Shown piece after piece: positions 49,534-60,682 of a stretch of DNA of 64,000 nt (its first letter is position 1; each line of letters starts with the position of its first letter). Below the pieces are notes generated by a model that was not told the DNA's origin, ran no database searches, and saw only the letters and a program-made list of their open reading frames with translations. A program made the position numbers and the translations under genes. Source of the DNA: an uncultured Gammaproteobacteria bacterium (lineage in GTDB: Bacteria; Pseudomonadota; Gammaproteobacteria; DRLM01); assembly GCA_963729605.1 (NCBI GenBank), contig CAVSNY010000007.1:1342518-1406517 (forward strand), read 5' to 3'.

Positions 49534-51783
49534 ATGGCTAAAAAAACCAAATCCAAACTCACCGTCGAAACCCTCACGCACGACGGCGCCACGCGCAAGA
49601 ACATCCCAACGGCGGAGCTGCAATCCGTGATGTCGATGCATGACTTAGGGAAAAAATCAGCTTCGTTTCAGCGCTGTTTAGATCGCAATCGCGACCTCGA
49701 CCCGCAGCTGGTCTGGCGCGGCAAGGACGAGCAGGACTGGTCCGACCTCGTTGTCCACGCGCCGCCGCTCTATATTCAGGAGAAGGTCCACCCCAAGGTG
49801 CTGATCGACGACTTGCGCCGCCATTGCACTCCCGCAAGCGAGAGGGGCGGGGTGAGGGCGCCGGGGGAGCAGACCAGATCGACCTCTTCGCCGACTTCAA
49901 CGGCCTGCCCGACGACGACGCCAAGACCGAGTTCTACCAGCACGACGCCCATTGGGCCAACCGCATGATCCTCGGCGACAGCTGCAAGTCATGGCCAGCC
50001 TCGCCGAGCGCGAAGGGCTGCGCGGCCAGGTGCAGTGCATCTACTTCGATCCGCCCTACGGCATCAAATTCAACAGCAACTTCCAGTGGTCCACCACCAG
50101 CCGCGATGTGAAGGACGGCAACACCGACCACATCACCCGCGAGCCGGAGCAGGTGAAAGCGTTCCGGGATACCTGGCGCGATGGAATTCACTCCTACCTC
50201 ACCTATTTGCGTGATCGATTGACTGTGGCGCGGGATTTGTTGACAGAGTCGGGATCAATCTTTGTGCAGATCAGTGATGAAAACGTGCACCGGGTCAGGG
50301 CAGTGATGGACGAGGTGTTTGGAGAGCCCAATTTTGTAAACACGATCGTTTTCAAAAAGAAGAGTGCGACCTACTCAACCGAAACAGTATTCGATTACCT
50401 AATTTGGTATTGCCGAAACAGAGAGCAGATTAAGGTCCGTGACCTTTACGACGCGCGTTCCGCGCCAGAGGAAGAAACGAAGTTCAATACAATTGTCACG
50501 CCCGACCTCGTTTTTCATAACGTATCGAAGCTTTCCGATATAGGGGTTGAGGAATTGCTTGGGCACGGAGGAAAGTGGGCGCGGGTGAATTACCCCATCG
50601 TAAGCCAACATCCTAGTGATACCCGCAGCGTTGATTTTGTGTTTCGTGGGAAGAGAAAAGTGTGCGGCGCTAATAAGCAGTGGCGATTTGGCCCGGATGA
50701 CGGTATGCGCAAGCTGGAAAAAGCGGACCGTCTGTTTGATGGCGGAGGAGCCTCATTGGGCGGCGTGGTCTTTTGGAACGACTGGAATCAAGTTGCCCAA
50801 TCCAATATCTGGGCAGACATGCATGGTGAGAAATTTCCAACCTATGTTGTCCAAACAACCACTGTGGCAATTCAACGCTGCCTCCTTATGACCACCGACC
50901 CCGGTGACCTCGTCCTCGACCCCACCTGCGGCTCCGGCACCACCGCCTACGTCGCCGAGCAATGGGGCCGCCGCTGGATCACTATTGACACCTCCCGTGT
51001 CGCTCTTGCTTTGGCCCGCGCCCGCATCATGGGCGCGCGTTATCCCTACTACCTGCTCGCCGACAGCCGCGAAGGCCAGATCAAGGAAGCCGAAGTCACC
51101 CGCACCGTGCCGTCCAGCCAGCCCACGCGCGGCAACATCCGCCAGGGCTTCGTCTACGAGCGCGTGCCGCACATCACTCTTAAATCCATCGCCAATAACA
51201 CCGAGATCGACGTCATCTGGGACAAGTGGCAGCAGACGTTGGAACCGTTGCGCGCACAACTCAACGAAATCCTATGTAGGGTGGGCTCCGCCCACCAAGG
51301 TGCGCGAAGCGCACCCTACGAAGAATGGGAAATCCCGCGCGACACCGATCCCAAATGGCCGGATGCCGCCAAGAAATTGCACGCCGATTGGTGGCAGGCC
51401 CGCATCGCTCGCCAAAAGGAAATCGACGCCTCCATCGCCGCCAAGGCCGAGCACGAATACCTCTACGACAAGCCCTACGAAGATAAGAAGAAGGTCCGTG
51501 TCGCCGGCCCGTTCACCGTCGAGAGCCTGTCACCGCACCGTGTGCTCGGCGTGGACGAGAACGATGAACTGATCGACAGCATTGGCGAACCGAAAAGCGG
51601 CTATGGCGAGGAACGCGATTTCGTCCAGATGATTCTGGAAAATCTCAAGACCGCCGGGGTGCAGCAGGCCCACAAGGAAGACAAGATCAACTTCACCTCG
51701 CTCACGCCTTGGCCCGGCGAGTTGGTCTGCGCCGAAGGCCGCTACATCGAAAGCGGCACGGAAACCGGCGCCGAGAAACGCGC
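49534..51783 (+). pseudogene. Mod-type DNA methyltransferase, frameshifted and truncated by IS3
   Basis: DPQLVWRGK, YFDPPYGI, LDPTCGSGTT; reading frame runs into the IS at 51784. Confidence 0.85.
51276..51319. repeat. GTAG-family REP doublet inside the MTase reading frame
   Basis: GTAGGGTGGGCTCCGCCCACCAAGGTGCGCGAAGCGCACCCTAC. Confidence 0.75.
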
Positions 51784-53101
51784 TGAACCGCCCCGTGTTT
51801 TGCGGAGGCTGTTTGGTTTAAGTCATGCTGCAATCGCAGCATGACGGCGGTATTGCCTGTAGTAGTTTGCCTCAGCTTCTGCTGGAGGGATATACCCCAG
51901 AGGCTCTAATAGCCGGTGGTGGTTAAACCACGAGACCCATTCCAGGGTCGCCAGCTCCACGGATTCCCGGGTTTTCCAGGGTCCCCGACGATGGATCAGC
52001 TCGGCCTTGTACAGCCCGTTGATCGTCTCGGCCAATGCGTTATCGTAGCTGTCGCCCTTGCTGCCGACCGAAGGCTCGATGCCGGCCTCGGCCAGTCGCT
52101 CGGTGTAGCGGATCGAGACGTATTGCGAGCCCCTGTCGCTGTGATGGATCAGGGCATCCTCTGGTTCGGGCTGCCGGGCGTACAGAGCTTGCTCCAGTGC
52201 GTCGAGCACGAAGTCCGTGGCCATGGTGCGGCTGACCCGCCAACCGACGATGCGCCGGGCGAAGACATCAATGACGAAGGCCACATACAGCCAGCCCTGC
52301 CAGGTCGACACATACGTGAAATCCGACACCCAGAGCTGGTTGGGCCTGTCCGCCTTGAACTGTCGATTGACCCGGTCCAGCGGGCGTGGCGCCGAGTGGT
52401 CAGGCACGGTGGTGCGAACCGCCTTGCCACGGCGCACACCCTGCAGGCCCAGGCGCTTCATCAGACGCTCGACCGTACAACGGGCCACCTCGATGCCCTC
52501 GCGGTTCAGCTGCCGCCAGACTTTGTCGGCGCCGTACACCTGCAGGTGGGTGTGCCAGACACGCTGAATATGCGACATCAATACCTCATCGCGCTTGGCC
52601 CGGGCGCTGCGCAGATCCGGATCGCGCCGCCGGGCCGCATGGCGCCGGTAGGCCGATGGGGCAACCTGCAACACCTTGCAGATCGGCTCGACCCCATAAG
52701 CATCCCGGTGCTGGTCGATGTAGGTATTTACGACTTCAGTTTGCGGTCGAGCTCCGCCTGTGCGAAAAAAGCGCTGGCGGTACGCAGTATCTCATTGGCG
52801 CGCCGCAACTCCTTGTTCTCGCGCTCCAGCTCCTTGATGCGCTGTGTCTCGGACGTGGTCGTGCCAGGACGCGCTCCGGCATCGGCCTCCGTACGCTTAA
52901 CCCACTCCAGCAGCGTCCCGGGTACACAGCCAATCTTCGGGGCGATCGACTCCACGGCCATCCACAACGACGGGTATTCCCCGCGATGCTCCTGCACCAT
53001 TCGAACCGCACGTTCACGGACTTCAGGTGAAAACTTGTTCGACTTTTTCATGGCTCCATTCTCTCAAATGTTGGAGCCTCCTCAAAACCAGGGGCGGTTC
53101 A
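51784..53101 (-). mobile_element. IS3-family element, copy 2, no TSD
   Basis: Same length and ORFs as copy 1 (one difference seen at 51838); flanks CGC and ATA. Confidence 0.95.
51823..53051 (-). CDS. IS3 transposase OrfA/OrfB, copy 2
   Basis: Protein sequences identical to copy 1 in the ORF track. Confidence 0.93.
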
Positions 53102-53258
53102 ATATGATGCTTCTGCCCCATTTACCCTGAGTGACCTCCACGCGTTTGTTCACCAGCAGTCGGATTTGCCAGGAGCGAGAGATATTTGGCAGTTCTGGCT
53201 TCGCACAGAGCCGCTTTTCCGAATGATGCTCGAACAAGATATCTCGGTAGGTAAATAA
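53102..53258 (+). pseudogene. C-terminal remnant of a gene coupled to the Dam-like MTase
   Basis: Open frame YDASAPFTLSDLHAFVHQQSD...DISVGK* ends in a TAATG overlap. Confidence 0.55.
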
Positions 53259-54114
53259 TGAGAACTAGCAGCCCACTCAGATATCCGGGTGGAAAGTCCG
53301 TCATGGCCGGATTGCTACGGCAAATAAGAAAGTTAAACGGTTTGGGTTCAAGGGAAATTGCTGAGCCCTTCGCAGGAGGGGGGGGGCTTCGCTAACGCTA
53401 CTCTATCTTGAGGAGACTCAGAGAATTCACCTGAATGACGCTGATCCGGCAATATTCGACTTTTGGTGGACTCTTACCAAGAGGCCGAAACCCTTCATAG
53501 ATATGCTTGATAATGTCAAATTAGATATGGATGAATGGCATCAGCAGCGCGCTATTTATCGGGCAAAGGCGCGTATATCTAGGGTACGCCGCGGATTCTC
53601 GGCCTTCTACCTGAATCGGTGCAACCGTTCGGGAATCATTATGAATGGTGGTCCGATTGGCGGCGTCGAGCAAAAAGGGAAATGGAAGCTTGATGCAAGA
53701 TTTAATATATCAGCCTTAAGAGAGAGATGTGAAAAGGTTGCGGAGTATAGAGATCGGATTCAAGTTTCAGGCTCGGATGGAATTAAGTTCATCGAAAGCC
53801 TAGATTCAGAATCAATCCTATTCTTCATTGATCCTCCGTATTTTGTAAAAGGCAGTACGCTATATTTGAACCTGTTAACCGAGGACTACCATAGGACATT
53901 GGCAAGGCGGCTTAAATCCATGGCAAAGGCGGCTTGGGTCCTGACTTATGACGACTGTCCAGAAATTCGCAATCTGTATGAAGGTTGGGCGACAATTCGT
54001 CCGTTTACTTTGCAATATGCTGCAGCCGAACGACGTAATGGACGGGAAATTCTCATAGCGCCTAAATGGATGACACTTCCAGATGATCAAGGCTCGGCAG
54101 CGATTACTTGGTGA
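53258..54114 (+). CDS. Dam-like (D12-class) DNA adenine methylase, frameshift in a G9 run
   Basis: SPLRYPGGKS, EPFAGG, NRCNRSGI, FIDPPY. Confidence 0.85.
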
Positions 54115-54152
54115 TAGACGTTAGTTGAAAAACTCTTCTGAACGGCATAATA

Positions 54153-54230
54153 ATGAACTTCCGTATCGCCGACACCTTCACCGATAGCCTTTCCAAACTT
54201 ACAGGCGAAGAACAGAAAGCCGTCCAAGAC
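54153..54230 (+). repeat. Diverged duplicate of the first ~25 codons of the helicase at 55838
   Basis: MNFRIADTFTDSLSKLTGEEQKAV versus MDFRIADTFTDSLAKLTGEEQKAV. Confidence 0.85.
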
Positions 54231-54248
54231 CACAGACAAGATGAACAC

Positions 54249-54423
54249 ATGAGCGAATCTCAGCAATTCCTAATCTACCAAAGCGAAGACGACCCCTCCC
54301 GCATCGACGTGATGCTGGAGGCAAAAATGCTTTAGCTTAACCAGAAGCCGTTAACCGCTATTCGGCAAGGCCAAGGGCACCATCAGCGAGCACATCAAGC
54401 ACATCTTCGAGCGTGGCGGTTGA
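54249..54423 (+). pseudogene. RhuM/virulence-family N-terminal remnant
   Basis: MSESQQFLIYQSEDD..RIDVML...*LNQK/LFGKAKGTISEHIKHIFE. Confidence 0.65.
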
Positions 54424-54590
54424 AATCCAGTTGTTCTGTTTTTCCGAGCAGTTCCATCAGGCCTGCCCGCCCCGGCGACTTTGGTTGCTGACATTGCCCA
54501 TGCCGGCTTCCCATAAACCGCCCGCAATCCTTTCATTTGGCCGATGCAGAACCTTTCAATTGGCCGCGCCCTAATTTACACTTGGCCGCT

Positions 54591-55838
54591 ATGGCCGACC
54601 CCGCTTTTCACCCGCGTTTCGTATTTCCGCGCCTGACCGAGGCGCTGGAAGATACGCCGATTGTGCTGATTCACGGTCCGCGTCAATGCGGCAAGACCAC
54701 GCTTGCCCGCGTCGTGGGCGATGCGGCGGGCTATGCCTATATCAGTTTCGACGACGATGTGCTGCGGGCGTCGGCCCAAACCGATCCGGTGGGTTTTGTG
54801 GCCGATCTGCCGGACAAGGCGGTGCTGGACGAGGTGCAGCGGGTTCCGGAATTGTTCACCACGCTGAAAGCGGCGGTGGATCGCGACCGGCGGCCCGGGC
54901 GGTTCATTCTTACCGGCTCGGCGAACGTGCTGTTGCTGCCGCGGTTGGCGGACTCGCTGGCCGGGCGCATGGAAATTCTGCGTTTGCATCCGCTCGCGCA
55001 GGCGGAACTGGCGGGGCGGCAGCCCGATTTTCTTGAGGCGTTGTTTGGGGATGGATTCAAGGCGGGGCAGCAGGTGCGTTTAGGCAAGGAACTGGCCGAA
55101 CGGGTCGCCGCCGGCGGTTATCCCGCCGCGCTGGCGCGGTCGTCGCCGCGTCGCCGCGCGACATGGTACCGCGACTATCTTGAAACGCTGGTGCAGCGCG
55201 ACGTGCGCGATCTGGCGCGCATCAGCGCACTGGATGTTCTGCCGCGTCTGCTCACGCTGGCGGCTGGACAGACGGCGCACCTGCTCAATGTGGCCGATCT
55301 GGCGTCGCCATTTCAGTTGAGCCGGCCGACGATTCGGGATTACGTTACGCTGCTGGCGCGGGTGTTTCTGCTGGAGGAGCTGCCGCCCTGGCACAGCAAC
55401 CGTGTGAGCCGTCTCATCAAGACGCCCAAGTTGCATCTGGGCGACACGGGACTTGCCTGTGCCCTGCTTGGCGTGGATGGCGCGGCGCTATGGGCCGATC
55501 GCGCGCTGCTGGGGCAACTGCTGGAGACCTTCGTTTTCCAGGAACTGCGGCGTCAGGCAAGCTGGCGGGAAGAACCGATTGCCTTCCATCACTTCCGCGA
55601 CAAGGACGGCGTGGAGGTGGATATCGTGCTGGAAAGCAGCGGGCAACGCGTGGCCGGCGTCGAGATCAAAGCCGCTGCCACGGTAGCGGCGGGTGACTTC
55701 CGTGGGTTGCGCAAGTTGAAGGAGATTTCCGGAAAACGCTTTACGGCGGGTGTAGTACTGTACGACGGCGAAGCGACCGTGCCGTTTGGCGAGCGGCTGT
55801 TCGCCGTTCCGATTCGCAGCCTTTGGGAGGCAGCCTGA
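54591..55838 (+). CDS. AAA_14 ATPase + DUF4143 protein
   Basis: GPRQCGKTT, LDEVQR, LTGS, SLAGR, C-terminal EVD...EIK. Confidence 0.9.
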   Translation: MADPAFHPRFVFPRLTEALEDTPIVLIHGPRQCGKTTLARVVGDAAGYAYISFDDDVLRASAQTDPVGFVADLPDKAVLDEVQRVPELFTTLKAAVDRDRRPGRFILTGSANVLLLPRLADSLAGRMEILRLHPLAQAELAGRQPDFLEALFGDGFKAGQQVRLGKELAERVAAGGYPAALARSSPRRRATWYRDYLETLVQRDVRDLARISALDVLPRLLTLAAGQTAHLLNVADLASPFQLSRPTIRDYVTLLARVFLLEELPPWHSNRVSRLIKTPKLHLGDTGLACALLGVDGAALWADRALLGQLLETFVFQELRRQASWREEPIAFHHFRDKDGVEVDIVLESSGQRVAGVEIKAAATVAAGDFRGLRKLKEISGKRFTAGVVLYDGEATVPFGERLFAVPIRSLWEAA

Positions 55839-57926
55839 TGGACTTCCGCATCGCCGACACCTTCACCGATAGCCTTGCCAAACTTACCGGCGAAGAACAG
55901 AAGGCTGTCAAGACGACGGCCTTCGATCTGCAAATGAATCCGGTTAATCCCGGTATGAGCTTCCATAAGCTCGATCAGGCCAGGGATAAGAACTTTTGGT
56001 CGGTGCGGGTGAGCAGCGATATCCGGCTCATCGTGCACAAGACGGCGGGGAGTCTGCTGCTGTGTTATGTCGATCATCACGACAAGGCCTATCAGTGGGC
56101 GGAGCGGCGCAAGCTGGAAGTGCATCCCAAAACCGGCGCGGCTCAATTGGTCGAGATACGCGAGCGGGTCGAGGAGATCGCCGTCCCGAAATATGTCGCG
56201 GTCGCGAAGGCGGCGCCGGCCAAGGCCGTTGCTGTTCGCTCATCTGTCCGATGACGTGTTGCTGAGCTACGGTGTGCCCGCCGAGTGGCTGGATGATGTA
56301 CGCCGCGCGGACGAAGACAGCATTCTGGAGCTGGCCGGGCATTTGCCGGGCGAGGCGGCCGAGGCGCTGTTGGATGTAGCCACAGGCGTGGCTCCGCGAA
56401 TTACTCAGCCTGTGGGCACGGGCATTGATCCGTTCGCACATCCTGATGCGCAGCGCCGCTTCCGGGTGATGAATGATGTGGAAGAGCTAGCGCTCGCGCT
56501 CGATTACCCTTGGGAGAAATGGACTGTCTTCCTCCATCCCGCGCAGCGGCAGTTCGTCGAGCGGGACTACACGGGACCGGCGCGGGTTTCGGGATCGGCG
56601 GGCACGGGCAAGACCATCGTCGCCTTGCATCGGGCGGTGTTTCTCGCGCGATCCCATCCTGAGGCCCGCGTGTTGCTCACCACTTTTTCGGACACGCTGG
56701 CCAACGCCTTGCGCACGAAGCTGAAGCGGCTCATCAGCAATTCGCCCAGCCTGGCTGAACGTTTGGAAGTTCATTCCATGAATGCGATTGGCCGGCGTCT
56801 CTACCAATCGAACATCGGTAAGATCGATCTCGCTTCGCGAGATGTAATGCGTGAAGTTATCAAAGAGGCTGTAAGCCGAGTTAGTGGTCATACATTCAGC
56901 CCGCAATTCTTGCTCTCTGAATGGGAAGAGGTGGTTGATGCCTGGCAGTTGGATAGTTGGGAGGCCTATCGCGATGTCAGACGGTTGGGCCGAAAGACAC
57001 GCCTGCCGGAGCCGCAGCGCGCCGCGCTTTGGTCCATCTTTGAGTCAGTGCGCGCTGCGCTAACTGCGCGCGGACTGATGACACCCGCCGCCATGTTCAG
57101 CCAACTCGCGGCGCAGTTGTCAGACCGGAAGCATCCGCCCTTCGATTTTGCCGTTATCGACGAAGCACAGGATGTTACTGTCGCCCAGTTGCGTTTTCTC
57201 GCCGCGCTGGGCGGCGATCGGGTCAATAGTTTGTTTTTCGCCGGCGATTTGGGCCAACGGATTTTCCAACAGCCGTTCTCATGGAAGGCACTGGGTGTCG
57301 ATATTCGCGGACGCTCGCGCACGCTGCATATCAATTACCGGACCTCGCATCAGATCCGAATGCAGGCCGATCGTTTGCTGGGACCGGAAGTGTCCGATGT
57401 GGATGGCAATACGGAAGAACGGCGGGGCACTGTGTCGGTCTTCAACGGGCCGCCACCGGTGATACGTGTTTCGGAGAATGTTGAAGAAGAAAACAAGGCG
57501 GTGGCTGCCTGGTTGGCGGATCGGTGCGAAGAGGGCGTGGCGCCCCACGAAATTGGCGTGTTCGTCCGTTCTGCTGCGCAACTGAAGCGGGCTCGTGCGG
57601 CCGTCGAGAAGGCCGGTGTGCGGTACAAGGTGCTCGACGAGCATGTCGAAACGACCAACGGCTATCTCTCGATCAGCACCATGCACCTCGCGAAGGGTCT
57701 AGAGTTCCGCGCCGTTGTGGTGATGGCCTGCGATGATGAAGTGATACCACTTCAGGAGCGGATCGAAACCGTGGCCGACGATGCGGATTTGGAAGAGGTG
57801 TACAACACCGAGCGCCACCTGCTTTATGTGGCGTGTACCCGGGCACGGGACCATCTGTTGGTATCAGGCGTTAACCCTGCCTCAGAGTTCCTTGAAGATA
57901 TACAGCTGAGCCGCCCTGGATTTTGA
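55838..57926 (+). CDS. UvrD/REP-family helicase with RelE/ParE-like N-terminus, frameshift near 56225
   Basis: GSAGTGKT, IDEAQD, NYRT, TMHLAKGLEF, LYVACTRAR. Confidence 0.85.
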
Positions 57927-58094
57927 ATCGAGCAATTTCCTGCGATTCAAGAAACCTAATAGTATCGGGAAGATCGACAAGAAGAAGCAGTTGGAGTCGA
58001 CGCCAAAACTGCAAGTGACATTGGGGTAATCTATGACGTTCGATATTGAACAACCGTCGTTATTTCAATGGAAGTGCGGGGGTAGGAATCGCTG

Positions 58095-59399
58095 ATGTCG
58101 TTTGATCCGAGCCGTCTCATTGCCGCGCTCGCGCGTGACCAGATCACTCTGGATTTGAAAACGCTCGACCTGTGTTTCCTTGCAGGGCTTTACCTGCGGG
58201 CCGATCGGGCGTCGCTTGCATCTTTCGAAGAGGACGTGCTTATCGACATGTTCGAGCAGATATGCGACGTGGTCGACCCGAGCGCGGAGCGACCGCGCAA
58301 GCGGGCGACGCACACCATCCAACGGCTCCGGGACCAACGCATGCTAGCCCGGGTGGACGGGGCGGGCATCGTCCGGTCCGGCGAGTACACGCTGACGCGA
58401 CTGGCCGCCGCAGTCGTCGAGTATTTCCTCGCGGACGAAGCACTCACACGCGAGAGCTTGACCCTGCTAACGGGCACGCTGCGGGCTCAGCTCGCCGAGA
58501 TCCTTGGGGCAGCCAAGCGCGCTGACACCGAGGTGGCTTGGCGGGAGCGTGTCGTGGCTCCGCTGCGGGTAACCGTTGGCGATCTTGTTAGCGGCATCGA
58601 GCGCCGGCAGCGCGGGCTCGATTCTCAGCAGGAAGAGGTGCAAGCGGAGATCTCCAAACTTTTGCAGGTCGATTGGTTCGGCGCGGTCGAACGATGCCAG
58701 TCTTTGCTCGACACGACCACCGATACACTGCGAGAACTCAACGAGGTCCTTCTTCGCGATACTCATCACTTCGTCGCACTGCTGCAAGAGATTCAGGTCT
58801 TAGCTTCTGACGCGGGACAGGCAGAGTCCGAAGGGGCCGTGCAACGCGTCATCGAGCATGTCGACCGCATCGCCGCCTGGGGCGGCGCAAGGCAGCGAGC
58901 GTGGTCGGACTACTATCAGTACGTTCATCGTTATCTTCGGGATGTCGTGCGCCTCGACCCGGACCGAGCCTTGAGTCAGCGGCTACGCGACCAGGTCGCG
59001 AGCTGGCCATCGACACAGTTCCGTTTGGTAGTGGCTGCTGAGCGGTCGATCCAACTGCTCCGTCCTCTCGAGTCGAGGGTCGAGCGGCCGGTTGTAACCA
59101 GACCACGCACGGATCGGGAGGCATCACCCGATCTTGTCGATCCTGAAGATACTGGCATGGATATCGAGACTCTCGTCGAAGGAGCCCTAGCCGCGGGCGC
59201 TCGATCGCTGGCCGAGGTTACAGCGTGGGTATTGCCCCAATTCCCTGCTCATCTGCACTACGCCGTCACAGGCCGTGTGGCCGACGTGCTCGCTCGCATC
59301 ACCCAAACGCGGAGCGCTTACGAACGCCCGTGGCGAACCGTTGTGGCAAACCTGGAACTGGAGGATTGGGACCTGCCGAGAAAGGGGGAGCTGCGGTGA
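58095..59399 (+). CDS. mukF: MukF-like kleisin
   Basis: 434 aa, collinear with MukF as recalled: W.E.VVAPL..V, Q..V...I..LL..DW..A...C..LL..T..TLREL, DRI..WG, QRLR. Confidence 0.85.
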   Translation: MSFDPSRLIAALARDQITLDLKTLDLCFLAGLYLRADRASLASFEEDVLIDMFEQICDVVDPSAERPRKRATHTIQRLRDQRMLARVDGAGIVRSGEYTLTRLAAAVVEYFLADEALTRESLTLLTGTLRAQLAEILGAAKRADTEVAWRERVVAPLRVTVGDLVSGIERRQRGLDSQQEEVQAEISKLLQVDWFGAVERCQSLLDTTTDTLRELNEVLLRDTHHFVALLQEIQVLASDAGQAESEGAVQRVIEHVDRIAAWGGARQRAWSDYYQYVHRYLRDVVRLDPDRALSQRLRDQVASWPSTQFRLVVAAERSIQLLRPLESRVERPVVTRPRTDREASPDLVDPEDTGMDIETLVEGALAAGARSLAEVTAWVLPQFPAHLHYAVTGRVADVLARITQTRSAYERPWRTVVANLELEDWDLPRKGELR

Positions 59400-60088
59400 C
59401 AAGCTCCGGCTTTCAGTCCCTCCAAGAAGCCATTACCGATGAGCACTTCCCCGAGGTGGACCTCGCACTACGTCGCGGGCGACACGTCGGACGAGATGAC
59501 GGTACTGCCTACGACTACCTCGTCGATGCCCTCGATCATCTCGAGCCCTTCTACCGGCGATTCGGCTGCGAGCTGGTACAACGGGCCGACGGGTACTTTT
59601 ACCTGCTCCCCTCAGGGGACCGCCTCGGGCGGCGCCAACTATCCACTGGCGAGATGCTCGTCGGGCAGACGCTGGCATTGATGTACCTGGATCCCGCCAC
59701 CCTGCAGCATGGCGGCACCGTCCAGCGCGAAGCGCTTCTGCACCGACTTTCGGGTCTGTTGGGGGCCGAGACGCTTGTCCGCACCCTCAATCCACGGCGT
59801 AAGAAGTTCGACGAACGGATTGCGGCGGAGACCGTCCGTACCAAGGTCGCAGAGGCCCTTCGACGACTCGCGGACCTGGGGTTCATCGATATGGTAGACG
59901 ACGCGATGCTTCGCCTACGCCCCGCGTTGATGCGATTTGCTGAACCGGTCCGTGACCCGAGCAACCAGCAAGCCGCATTGGAGCGGCTGGTTAAGAGCGG
60001 TGAGATTGTCCTTGGCGATGCTGAAGAGGACGCGAACGAAGATGGTAATGGAACCGAGGCGGACGACGAGGAGGAGGTGGACAGATGA
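59396..60088 (+). CDS. mukE: MukE-like KITE subunit
   Basis: GTGA overlap; FP.VD.ALR.GRHVG, LE.FY, G.FYL, M.VG..L..MYL.P. Confidence 0.88.
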   Translation: MTSSGFQSLQEAITDEHFPEVDLALRRGRHVGRDDGTAYDYLVDALDHLEPFYRRFGCELVQRADGYFYLLPSGDRLGRRQLSTGEMLVGQTLALMYLDPATLQHGGTVQREALLHRLSGLLGAETLVRTLNPRRKKFDERIAAETVRTKVAEALRRLADLGFIDMVDDAMLRLRPALMRFAEPVRDPSNQQAALERLVKSGEIVLGDAEEDANEDGNGTEADDEEEVDR

Positions 60089-60682
60089 GCCGTACGCATG
60101 CTCAGGCACTTGCGCTCGTCAACTGGAAGGGCGTCTTCTATGAGCGATATCTCATCGACCGGCACGTGACTGCCCTCGAAGGGGCCAATGGCGCTGGCAA
60201 GACAACGGTGATGATCGCGGCCTATGTTCGTGCTTCTGCCGGACATGTCACGGCTGCGTTTCACGAATCTCGGAGAAACCGGTGCGACCGGCGGGGACAA
60301 AGGCATCTGGGGACGCCTCGGAGAAACTGGCCGCCCCGCCTATTCCGCCATCGACTTCGCCCTCGCACTCGATCATCGGCTCATTGCGGGCGTGCATCTG
60401 GAGAGGAAGGGCGAACCATCTGTCGAGCCCACGCCTTTCATCATCTCGGGTCTTGACGCAGATGTTCGCCTGCAAGACGTGCTCTTGCTATCTCAAGGTG
60501 ACCACGACGTGGTTCCCGAACTGAATGAGCTCCGCGAGAACGCCGCGCGCCTCGGTGGACGGATGCAGGTCTTCGGCACCGCGCGTGATTACTTCGCTGC
60601 TCTTTTCGATCATGGTGTCACGCCGCTGCGTCTGGCGACGGACGAAGAGCGCAACAAGCTCAATGAGATGCTGCGTACCAGT
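60085..60682 (+). CDS. mukB: MukB N-terminal head fragment (1-nt frameshift near 60227, truncated at the junction)
   Basis: LVNWKG, VTALEGANGAGKTT, LLPDMSRLRFTN..ETGATGGDKGIWGRL. Confidence 0.85.

Noticed and set aside
37184-53101. Composite transposon formed by the two IS3 copies
   Set aside because: Copy 1 has its own TSD and the outer flanks (TTG, ATA) do not match
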